From positions 132,254 through 196,253 of the forward strand of contig CAOJSF010000002.1 of assembly GCA_948442695.1 (NCBI GenBank): a stretch of DNA of 64,000 nucleotides, read 5' to 3'. Under the pieces are notes generated by a model, which worked only from the letters and a program-made list of their open reading frames with translations, made no database searches and had not been told where the DNA came from. Below, in pieces: positions 48,766 through 57,008 of this stretch; position 1 is the first letter of the stretch, and every line of letters starts with the position of its first letter. Both the position numbers and the translations under genes were made by a program. The stretch comes from an uncultured Clostridia bacterium. GTDB taxonomy: Bacteria; Bacillota; Clostridia; Christensenellales; UBA1242.

Positions 48766-49467
48766 CTATTTACTATAGTATGATAACAAATTAAGTTTGT
48801 TATGGGATTTTGCTTTGTTAATGATTTTTTGATTGATTACATCATTCTTTTTGGCAATAAGTTCGTTATTAAAACCTAAAATTTCATTTATAACAATCTT
48901 ACCTATAAGAAGGTTTGAATTTACGAAAATTCTGGTTGGACTTTCAGGTTTAATCGATTCATTATTTATCGTGGAAGCAATAGTCACTTTAGGCAAATTT
49001 GAAGCCTGAAATGTGTCCACCTTTTCTTTAAAAGTTTTTTCTTTTTCCTTTTTATATATGCCATAAATTATAAAATTATCGCCCGATTTTCTCACAAAGC
49101 GTTGAGGAAACTCGCAAAAAGAAGTGATAATCTTTTTGACTACCTTCCCGCTAAGTTCAACATCACAAACTCTCCCCAAACAATTGCCATTGCTGTCATA
49201 AACAGTCTTGCCAACTGGATTGTTTGAATTACTTGAAATATTATATTCAAGACAGTCTGCAGATTTTATCATTATGGTGTCATCACCCATAGAATGAATG
49301 TCCTCCCTTTTAAGGACAAAAGAATTTTCACTTTCATCATCTATGATGATGAGTCCTGTGAAAAATTTTACTCGCTCGTCAAAAATCACATTGACGACAT
49401 ATCCCACCTGATTTGCAGTCTCAAGTGAAATTACTTTTTTTGAAATTATATTGCTTATCTTTTCCAT
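48766..49467 (-). CDS. PRC-barrel domain protein (YlmC/YmxH-like, two barrels)
   Basis: VISLETANQVGYVVNVIFDE...KFFTGLII and VYDSNGNCLGRVCDVELSGKVVKKI fit the PRC-barrel pattern. Confidence 0.55.
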   Translation of the reverse strand: MEKISNIISKKVISLETANQVGYVVNVIFDERVKFFTGLIIIDDESENSFVLKREDIHSMGDDTIMIKSADCLEYNISSNSNNPVGKTVYDSNGNCLGRVCDVELSGKVVKKIITSFCEFPQRFVRKSGDNFIIYGIYKKEKEKTFKEKVDTFQASNLPKVTIASTINNESIKPESPTRIFVNSNLLIGKIVINEILGFNNELIAKKNDVINQKIINKAKSHNKLNLLSYYSK

Positions 49468-49528
49468 AGTATTAATTTATTTTGCAATTTTGAATTTAGA
49501 ACTTTTTTAGAAAAATATTTAAAATTTT

Positions 49529-49557
49529 TTGACATTTTTTTGTCAATGACCTATAAT
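49529..49557 (+). promoter_or_regulatory. Consensus sigma-70 promoter placed for a leaderless transcript
   Basis: TTGACA (49529-49534), 17-nt spacer, TATAAT (49552-49557). The ATG at 49564 lies 6 nt after the -10 hexamer with no Shine-Dalgarno sequence. Confidence 0.6.
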
Positions 49558-49563
49558 CACCAT

Positions 49564-49788
49564 ATGAAAAAGAAAAATGAAAAATTAACAATCACAAAAG
49601 ATATGATTATTGACGATGTAATAAAACTCGATGAAAGTTTGGGCGACATCTTTATGGGCTTTGGAATGCACTGCATTTTTTGCCATCTAGGAATGGAAGA
49701 AACCATAGAAGAAGCCGCATATGTTCATCAAGTCGATGTGGACTTTTTAATTGAAAAATTGAATGATGCATACAAAAAATTAAAATAA
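49564..49788 (+). CDS. DUF1858-like small redox-disulfide domain protein
   Basis: 74 aa. ITKDMIIDDVIKLDESLGDIFMGFGMHCIFCHLGMEETIEEAA resembles the hybrid-cluster-protein-associated DUF1858 family. The tracked TTG start at 49540 lies inside the promoter. Confidence 0.55.
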   Translation: MKKKNEKLTITKDMIIDDVIKLDESLGDIFMGFGMHCIFCHLGMEETIEEAAYVHQVDVDFLIEKLNDAYKKLK

Positions 49789-49810
49789 AAAATTTTAACC
49801 TTAATTAATT

Positions 49811-49860
49811 TCAATTTTTATATGTCAATTTTTATATGTCAATTTTTATATGTCAATTTT
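49811..49860. repeat. 14-bp tandem repeat, about 3.6 copies
   Basis: TCAATTTTTATATG occurs three times perfectly (49811-49852), followed by a partial copy. It lies between convergent genes. Confidence 0.9.
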
Positions 49861-49914
49861 TTTTACAATTGAAGTTTTTAAAAAAACTTTAATAATTAAA
49901 AAAATTTGCAATCA

Positions 49915-51018
49915 TTATTGCAAATTTAATCTATTTTTAATCATTTCAAGCAGACGATTCAATCCCTGCCCTTTTTTTGCTGACAACAAAATTTGATTCT
50001 CTTTTATTTCAATAGGCTTATCTAAAAGGTCGCATTTATTTAAAATTACAATGCGGTTTTTTGTTGCCCCCAGTTCATTAAGCAATTTTTCTGTGACGGC
50101 CATGTTGATTTCATACTCTTTTTTGCCATCAATATTTTTATCAAGCGAGACATCAACCACATGTAGAAGAAGGTCTGCATCTGTTGCCTCTTCAAGCGTT
50201 GAAGAAAAGGCGTCAACAAGTTGATGTGGAAGATCTGAAATAAAACCTACCGTATCCGTAAGCACAGAATATTTGCCCTCACCTAGATATAATTTTCTTG
50301 TTGTTGTATCAAGAGTTGCGAAAAATTTATCATCAGCATAAATACTTTCTTTGACTAAAGTGTTTAAAAGAGATGACTTACCAGAGTTTGTATAACCAAC
50401 CAAAGCAATCTTTGGCAAATTCGATTTAAGCCTTTCTCTCCTTGTAGATTGCCTTTGAGTCTTAATCTTTTCAATCTGAGATTTTAAATTGTCCATTTCA
50501 CGTTCAAGGATTCTTCTGTTAAGTTCAAGTTTGGTCTCACCAGGTCCCCTCATTCCAACACCAGCACTTCCAAACCTGCCACTTGTCCCCTGCATTTGCG
50601 AAAGTCTAGGCAAAAGATAGAGGTCCTGAGCAAGTTTAACCTGCAATTTTGCCTCTCTTGACTTTGCCCCTCTTGCAAAAATATCAATGATAAGCCCAAC
50701 TCTGTCAATCACCTTTGTCCTAAATTCATCAGCAAGATTTTTCATCTGGGATCCAGTAAGAGGATAATCTACTATCACAACATCAATTATCTCATCGCAA
50801 GAAGCAATATACTCCTTTATTTCATCAACCTTGCCACTTCCGATAACAGTGCGTTTATTAAAGTCTTTCACCTTTTGATAAAAGTTGTCAACCACATTCA
50901 GGTCGGCAGAATAACAGAGGCGGTTTATTTCCTCTTTTTTTCTTTCAATGTTATCTTCTTTTTTTACTGCCACAACAATCACAACAGCATTTTCTTTTTC
51001 TACAATATTGTTTTTCAT
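49915..51018 (-). CDS. hflX: GTPase HflX
   Basis: HflX N-terminal domain with GPGETKLE. G1 GYTNSGKSS, G3 DTVGF, G4 NKCD. Confidence 0.88.
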   Translation of the reverse strand: MKNNIVEKENAVVIVVAVKKEDNIERKKEEINRLCYSADLNVVDNFYQKVKDFNKRTVIGSGKVDEIKEYIASCDEIIDVVIVDYPLTGSQMKNLADEFRTKVIDRVGLIIDIFARGAKSREAKLQVKLAQDLYLLPRLSQMQGTSGRFGSAGVGMRGPGETKLELNRRILEREMDNLKSQIEKIKTQRQSTRRERLKSNLPKIALVGYTNSGKSSLLNTLVKESIYADDKFFATLDTTTRKLYLGEGKYSVLTDTVGFISDLPHQLVDAFSSTLEEATDADLLLHVVDVSLDKNIDGKKEYEINMAVTEKLLNELGATKNRIVILNKCDLLDKPIEIKENQILLSAKKGQGLNRLLEMIKNRLNLQ

Positions 51019-51107
51019 ATGATTATTATAACATATAAATAAAAAAAGAGCAAACTTAAATTAAACATAATTTAAAATGCTCATAAAAACAATTAGCCTT
51101 TATTAGT

Positions 51108-51427
51108 TTATTTATCTTTCAATTTCAAAGTAATATTTTTCACCTTTTCAAGAATCAAATAATTATTTTCAACTGGAATCTGATCAGTATTATCAGCAAA
51201 TGCAAAATTCTCATCATCAAAACTTGCATTTAATTTTTTAAATATGTATTTGCATTGTTTTAAAGGCAGTTAGTCATTTGAAATTTCATAAAATAATTTG
51301 CTCTTATTCCCAAACAATCCCCGTCTTAGGCTTAAAATCATATGTTTCGCCTAGCAGTAAAAATAAATCCACAACTAATACAACATAAAAGAAAAAGTAA
51401 AACAAGTGATTTTTTCAAAATTTTCAT
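51108..51427 (-). pseudogene. Decayed lipoprotein gene remnant
   Basis: On the minus strand ATG 51427 encodes MKILKKSLVLLFLLCCISCGFIFTARRNI and then a stop. This is a signal peptide with lipobox. The following ~230 nt read only with frameshifts and stops, ending at a TAA at 51108-51110. Confidence 0.4.
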
Positions 51428-51575
51428 TTCTTATCTTCTTTCTAAAGCCTATTATACCCCCTCGAAAAATGTCAATATATTTTCATAAAAAATAACCACA
51501 AATATTAATTTTTTTTTAAATTTGTGATTATTTTTAGTTTTTTTCATAATTTTTAATAAAAATTGTCAATTTTCT

Positions 51576-52226
51576 TTAAAATTTCAAATAAATAGAACCA
51601 TCTTTGACATCAATGACAACATTCATCACCTTTTTATTTTTTCCAAAAATTGAGAATGTCCAAAACAAATTGTTATCGTTATTAAAATCAAAAACTTGCA
51701 AATAACATTCACCTTGAAAATTGCCTTTACTATAAAATTGTTTTAAATCATCACCAAATTCATCTAAAGCAATTTTTACAGCATCATTATATTGAATTTT
51801 GAAATTTTTACTGATGTTTTCAAAATTCAAAACTATATTATCATACGACAAAGATATCTTATCATCGGCTTTCAATAAATATCCTAAATCTGCCATATAG
51901 GTATGATTCATAGGATTCAGTTCTAATAATAAATCTTTTTCGACATCATTCACAGTCAATTTCGTTTCAATAGCATTTTTTATAGGTTGAACTTTAAATT
52001 TTAATGTAATCAAAGTAAAATCAACATTTTTTGTATGGACTCCATCATATATAAAATTCTCTTCCCTCTCACCAACACATAACGAACCTTTTACATTTTC
52101 AGTTTCTGCTTGAAAATATATTTTCGTTTGCTCACTTATGCAATCTTCTATCTTCATTTTTTTATTGCAACCAACCATAGAAATAGACAAAATTGCCAGC
52201 ATAAAAACTAAAAGAAATTTTTTCAT
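51576..52226 (-). CDS. Lipoprotein of unknown function
   Basis: ATG at 52226 follows AGAGGTG. MKKFLLVFMLAILSISMVG-C is a signal peptide with lipobox. Confidence 0.7.
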   Translation of the reverse strand: MKKFLLVFMLAILSISMVGCNKKMKIEDCISEQTKIYFQAETENVKGSLCVGEREENFIYDGVHTKNVDFTLITLKFKVQPIKNAIETKLTVNDVEKDLLLELNPMNHTYMADLGYLLKADDKISLSYDNIVLNFENISKNFKIQYNDAVKIALDEFGDDLKQFYSKGNFQGECYLQVFDFNNDNNLFWTFSIFGKNKKVMNVVIDVKDGSIYLKF

Positions 52227-52359
52227 AAAACACCTCTTTCTATAACTATGCTGACAATTCATCTTTTATTAAATTTTCTTAAAAAGAAATTGATTTAAAC
52301 TAAAAAATTCAAATTTTTTAAAGAATTAAAATCTTTATAAATTCCAACGCTCTTTCTTT

Positions 52360-52623
52360 TTATAATTTATTGCCTTCCTCATGCAAATATTTAAGTTTTG
52401 TTGCCTGACCACCCCTGATATGCTTTTCCGCAAAGTTCTCATCTAAAATTCTTTTTGTAGTGACATACATCTGATAATCAATATTTTTAAGTTTTATCGA
52501 AACATCATTATGGATTGTGCTTTTGCTATAACCCAAAATCTCCGCTGTCTTTCGAATGGTGTCATGTGTATTAATAATATGCTCAGATGCTGACAGCACC
52601 CTTTCAACCAAATCTTCTTTCAT
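52360..52623 (-). CDS. spoIIID: SpoIIID-family helix-turn-helix transcriptional regulator
   Basis: 87 aa from ATG 52623, preceded by GGTGGAGG. GYSKSTIHNDV and HIRGGQATKLKY match the SpoIIID signatures GVSKSTVHKDL and HLRGGEATKLKY, recalled from memory. Confidence 0.75.
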   Translation of the reverse strand: MKEDLVERVLSASEHIINTHDTIRKTAEILGYSKSTIHNDVSIKLKNIDYQMYVTTKRILDENFAEKHIRGGQATKLKYLHEEGNKL

Positions 52624-52721
52624 ATTCGCCTCCACCCTTTAAATCTATGTGACGCTATGGCGAATTATGTCATATTTTGTTGAAAGATGTAATTATTGCA
52701 AGTTTACCATTAAAAAAATAT

Positions 52722-52750
52722 TACAAAAAAAATAAGCACAATGCTTATTT
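52722..52750. terminator. Bidirectional terminator overlapping the acpP stop codon
   Basis: Hairpin AATAAGCA-caa-TGCTTATT flanked by A and T runs. Confidence 0.6.
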
Positions 52751-52981
52751 TTTTATGTTTTCATCTATTAATTTGACAATTTGAGGAATTGATTTCAATT
52801 CTTCAAGTTTATCGTCAGGAATTGAAACATTAAATTCATCTTCAAATGTCATCAAAAGTTCTACAACATCAAGAGAATCTGCACCCAAATCTTCAAGTAT
52901 ATTTGCGTCATCTTTAATATCATCAGTAGATATGCAAAGTTGTTCAGCAATTATCTTTTTAACTGTGTCGATAGTATTCAT
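52745..52981 (-). CDS. acpP: Acyl carrier protein
   Basis: 78 aa from ATG 52981, preceded by GGAGG. Phosphopantetheine attachment site DLGADSLD. Confidence 0.88.
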   Translation of the reverse strand: MNTIDTVKKIIAEQLCISTDDIKDDANILEDLGADSLDVVELLMTFEDEFNVSIPDDKLEELKSIPQIVKLIDENIKK

Positions 52982-53110
52982 ATTACCTCCATAAACTAAA
53001 TTATAACATAAATTATTCGATATGTAAATAAAAATGCGACAATTTTTTTGTCGCAAATTTATTAGGAGTTGAATTTGTTTAAGTAAATTTAGATTTTTAA
53101 AAAGATTATA

Positions 53111-53674
53111 TTATTTTTCTTGTAAATCTAAATAGTTGTTTGGGTCAACGAAATTATTATTTAATTTCATTGCGAAATGAAGGTGTGCACCCATTTTAAG
53201 TTCGCCTTCCGCAGTGTTGTCAGCAGTGCCTATTTTTTGTCCAGCATCAACCTTATCTCCTGCTTTTACAAGCATATTTTCATTCAAAGAAGAATAAATT
53301 GATTCAAAACCATTTGCGTGTTTTATTGTGATAGTATATCCATCAAGATATTTGTTTTCTACACTTGCAACAGTCCCGCCGAGAACAGCAAAAACATCAG
53401 CATTTTCAGATGCAAAATCTACATATAAATGTGCTTCCCATTGATTGAGAGTTTCATTATTTTGAAGTTCTGAATTTGAAAAGTCTTTAATGATGCTTGC
53501 TTCATTCATAGGCAATTTAAAATTGAGATTTGTGTTGCCTGCAGGGACACTTTTGCCTATTGTTGCCATTAAAGTAAAAGTCAATGCAACCGCAAAGATG
53601 ACAATTCCTACAACTACAAACATCCCATATTTTTTTACAAATTCAACAAACCCGTTTCTCTTTTCTATTTCCAT
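53111..53674 (-). CDS. Membrane-anchored M23 (LytM-type) peptidase domain protein
   Basis: N-terminal TM helix. GYTITIKHANGFESIYSSL...AGDKVDAGQKIG...GAHLHFAM is the M23 signature. RBS is GGAGG. Confidence 0.8.
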   Translation of the reverse strand: MEIEKRNGFVEFVKKYGMFVVVGIVIFAVALTFTLMATIGKSVPAGNTNLNFKLPMNEASIIKDFSNSELQNNETLNQWEAHLYVDFASENADVFAVLGGTVASVENKYLDGYTITIKHANGFESIYSSLNENMLVKAGDKVDAGQKIGTADNTAEGELKMGAHLHFAMKLNNNFVDPNNYLDLQEK

Positions 53675-53728
53675 TGTAAACCTCCTAGAAGTTTATTGAC
53701 AGTTTATAGCAATTTATACATTAATTTT

Positions 53729-54187
53729 TTAAAAACCTATAATTATCATCGGATAACCCAAAATCCAGCAATTTCCATCATAAACTAGTTGAAAATTCAT
53801 CTTTTTGCCATCAATCACACGAAAATCACAATAATCTTTGTCATATCCATAATAAACCTGACAATCTTCTACCATGGTTTTATCCGTCATATTATAGCCA
53901 AATTTTCTTTTAAAATAATTAAGGTCAAAACTATTGTCATAATAATAAACAATTCCACTTATCTTTTCACTGCCTAGACTTTTTAAGGCTGACTGGCATT
54001 CTTTAAAATTCAAATAATAATAAAAATCACTTCCGCTTTGAATAATCTCATCGCATATCTCAAGATTATCAAATTTTGAAATTATCACCGCTCTTTCATA
54101 GTCCTCTGCCTTTGGCAGTGAGTCTTTAAAATAAGCAACACCTAAAAACATAAATACAACAAAAATAAAAGCAATCATTCTTTTCAT
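53729..54187 (-). CDS. Hypothetical exported or membrane-anchored protein
   Basis: 152 aa with an N-terminal hydrophobic segment (MIAFIFVVFMFLGVAYF). Confidence 0.5.
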   Translation of the reverse strand: MKRMIAFIFVVFMFLGVAYFKDSLPKAEDYERAVIISKFDNLEICDEIIQSGSDFYYYLNFKECQSALKSLGSEKISGIVYYYDNSFDLNYFKRKFGYNMTDKTMVEDCQVYYGYDKDYCDFRVIDGKKMNFQLVYDGNCWILGYPMIIIGF

Positions 54188-54276
54188 ATAAAAATGATTG
54201 CCCTTTTACTATTTTTAAACAAAATTAAATTGTAAAATCATGTCGAAAAATTTTATTATATAACTTTTAAACCCTT

Positions 54277-54531
54277 TTATAAAACCAACATTACAACTAA
54301 AACTGCAATGCCACCGAGAAGTGCAAAAGCACCCAAAAGACCAAATATGATTGATTTTGATTGATCAGTGAGTGGCTCTCTTTTACTTTTCTTTTCTTTA
54401 TCTAAGTTTTGGGCTCCTTCATGATTGCTTTCATCCTCTTTTATTTCAGATATTTTATTCTGCAAATTTTGGTCTTGTTGGAAAACTGGTCTAGGAGGAA
54501 TAGGACGCCTAGGTGGAAATTTTTCTTCCAT
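54277..54531 (-). CDS. Small proline-rich tail-anchored membrane protein
   Basis: ATG at 54531 follows AGGAGAG. The sequence runs MEEKFPPRRPIPPRPVF... to a C-terminal TM helix IIFGLLGAFALLGGIAVLVVMLVL. Confidence 0.5.
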   Translation of the reverse strand: MEEKFPPRRPIPPRPVFQQDQNLQNKISEIKEDESNHEGAQNLDKEKKSKREPLTDQSKSIIFGLLGAFALLGGIAVLVVMLVL

Positions 54532-54858
54532 AAAACTCTCCTTTTTTATTATCATAACATCAACGCAAAAATTTGTCAAACATTTATGCCATTTCTACCG
54601 CTTTAAAACAAATTTCTTTTTAAAAATTTTTGCTTTAAAATAATTTTAATAATATTCTTTTATAAACAAATTTATTATAATATAATAAAAACAAATTACT
54701 ATTATACAAAATTATTATAATTCAATATGCAAGAATTAAAGATTTGCAATAATTTAAATGATTTTTTTCAAAGCAATTCTCAAAACAAAATATACAATTT
54801 TATCTTTTAAAATTTAAACAACTGCTTCTTTTGGTGAATTTATAGACAAAAATAGTTG

Positions 54859-55413
54859 TCAAACTTGTTCAACTGGATTCTTGCCCCAAAGTTTGACCAC
54901 ATCTTCTTCCCCACCCAAAGTTTCAACGACAATGGTAAAGATATATTTAGTATTTGTCTGAAGATGAGTTTCTTTATCAATAATTATATGAGAACAAAGT
55001 GCAACTTTATTTTGCATTGTCAAAAGATCATCAAAATAATAATAGCCATCACTTTCATCAAATTTCCAGTTGACAGTTTCAACCATATCCATTTTCAAAG
55101 TCTGATTATCACCTGAATAAATAAAAATTTTTGCACGCAAATAAACTGACGATTCATCATCATTCTTTACAGACACTATTTGAGGAATTCTGTCACCTGA
55201 AAGAAAAGAGCCGTCAATATTCATAGAAATAGAAGTTGCCTCATTTTTATTGACAGACATTTGCACATTTTTGCCTAGTTGCAAATCTGTGGTATAAGAA
55301 ACATCGGTCTTAAAATACCAACCCGAAACACCCAAATATATAGATAAGGCAAGAAGCATTGCCAAAAGAACTGTCGCAAAAAGCCAACCATAATTTTCTC
55401 GTTTTATTTTCAT
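54859..55413 (-). CDS. Hypothetical membrane-anchored protein
   Basis: N-terminal TM helix WLFATVLLAMLLALSIYLGV. It follows the upstream gene directly. Start is uncertain (ATG 55413 or TTG 55431). Confidence 0.5.
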   Translation of the reverse strand: MKIKRENYGWLFATVLLAMLLALSIYLGVSGWYFKTDVSYTTDLQLGKNVQMSVNKNEATSISMNIDGSFLSGDRIPQIVSVKNDDESSVYLRAKIFIYSGDNQTLKMDMVETVNWKFDESDGYYYFDDLLTMQNKVALCSHIIIDKETHLQTNTKYIFTIVVETLGGEEDVVKLWGKNPVEQV

Positions 55414-55435
55414 GGTTTTATTTTGCGACAAGAAA

Positions 55436-56830
55436 TTATAAATATTCTCTTATTCCAGATTTATTTTTTGATTTTCTGCGTTTAGCACGCTCTGATCTAA
55501 ATTTATTAATCTGTTCCTGCTTAAACACCGCACTTTCTTGTGCCAGATTATCTCGCACCACTTCCCATTTGTACTTTTTTGAACCATAAGCAAAGTCGTA
55601 TGAAAGGATGAAAACGCCTTGAAGAAGATAGAAATAATAAGAACAAATTCTCCAAAGAATAAGCACCCATGGCAAATAAGCCGATTGACCTGCTCCAACA
55701 ACCGCCCCAAATGCCGCAGTAAACGAAATTTCATTCATACCTGTTCCGCCCGGCAAAGGGAAGAATGAGGATGATAAATCAACAAGACAGGTCATAACCA
55801 AAAGTTTTATATACATATTCCCTGCCAAATCAGGAATAAAGAACTTTGCAACAAAGAAAGGCATAGAATAATTTATAAAATTTTTCGCAAGACTCAAAAA
55901 GAGCAAGACAATAAAATCTTTAGGAGAACTTGCATATTGTTTCATTACATCTTGAAAATCACTGATATATTTTGTGATTTTTTCATACTGCTTGTCATAA
56001 TTTTTTATGATTTTCATCTTATGCAGAAGTTTTAAGCCTTTTACAACCAGTTTCTTCCCTACTGTCTTGCAGATTGAAAGGAAAAGTGTTATAAAAAGCA
56101 TGATAGAACTTAATATAAAGCCTAATATACTTGCAACAGAAACAAATGTGCCATAACTTGAATCACACCATGAAATTACAAGACAAATAAAACTTGTAAG
56201 AACCCATGCAATCTGAGAAAAAACATATTTAGCAAGCGGAATTGATAAAGCAGTGTGAATAGGCGTGCCATGCGATTTTAAATAAGTGATTTGAAATGGT
56301 TGTCCACCTGTTGCCATAGGCGTCACACTATCATAATATTTCCCCAGTTGAGACACTTTATAAGAGGTGGCAAGTCGCCATTTCCCTGTTGTTTGCTTTA
56401 AAAGATAACTTATTGCAAGAGTTTCAGTAAAAACCACCAAAGCAAGAAGACAGGCAACAACAAAAAGAGAGCCAACATTGAAATTGCCATCAATAGGTTT
56501 CATGTCTTCTTTTAAAAGTTGATAAACCAAAATTCCAGCCACAACTACGACGTTTAAAACAAAAAACAATCCATTTAAAATTTTGCTTCTTTTGCTGTTT
56601 CTCTTTGAGACTGACTGCTCTACCTCGTCCAGTTTTCGCTTTTGTAAATTGATAGCCTCTTCTTGCATCATTTTAAGTTCTTCATCACTGAGTTGTTTTT
56701 CTTTGATTTCAATTCCATTTTTATTTTCATCAGAAACAGCACCTAATTCATCAGGTGCAACAATTTCTATGTTATTATTTTTATTATCAAATCCGGTCTC
56801 TTCCAAAATTTGTTTTTTATTTTTAGCCAT
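55436..56830 (-). CDS. Flippase-like / lysylphosphatidylglycerol-synthase TM-region family membrane protein
   Basis: Polytopic membrane protein. TPMATGGQPFQITYL matches the UPF0104/LPG_synthase_TM signature. The N- and C-terminal extensions are charged. Confidence 0.65.
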   Translation of the reverse strand: MAKNKKQILEETGFDNKNNNIEIVAPDELGAVSDENKNGIEIKEKQLSDEELKMMQEEAINLQKRKLDEVEQSVSKRNSKRSKILNGLFFVLNVVVVAGILVYQLLKEDMKPIDGNFNVGSLFVVACLLALVVFTETLAISYLLKQTTGKWRLATSYKVSQLGKYYDSVTPMATGGQPFQITYLKSHGTPIHTALSIPLAKYVFSQIAWVLTSFICLVISWCDSSYGTFVSVASILGFILSSIMLFITLFLSICKTVGKKLVVKGLKLLHKMKIIKNYDKQYEKITKYISDFQDVMKQYASSPKDFIVLLFLSLAKNFINYSMPFFVAKFFIPDLAGNMYIKLLVMTCLVDLSSSFFPLPGGTGMNEISFTAAFGAVVGAGQSAYLPWVLILWRICSYYFYLLQGVFILSYDFAYGSKKYKWEVVRDNLAQESAVFKQEQINKFRSERAKRRKSKNKSGIREYL

Positions 56831-56847
56831 ATATAATATATATTACC

Positions 56848-56889
56848 AAAAAAAAGATGTTTTTGTCAAGTTTTAAACATCTTTTTTTT
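56848..56889. terminator. Bidirectional terminator after the PrsA-like gene
   Basis: 10-bp stem AAAGATGTTT/AAACATCTTT flanked by A8 and T8 runs. Confidence 0.65.
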
Positions 56890-57008
56890 AGAAACTCAAG
56901 GAATTAAAGAAATGAGTCAATCAATTTCTTTTAATCACAATAATAAATTGTTTAATTAAATCATAAATTGCTTTTTTGCGACATTATTTGCAAATTCAAC
57001 TGTAATTA

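Noticed and set aside
49811-49860. Considered whether the tandem repeat could be a CRISPR array
   Set aside because: The 14-bp units are directly abutting with no spacers, and no cas genes are in the window. It is a simple tandem repeat.
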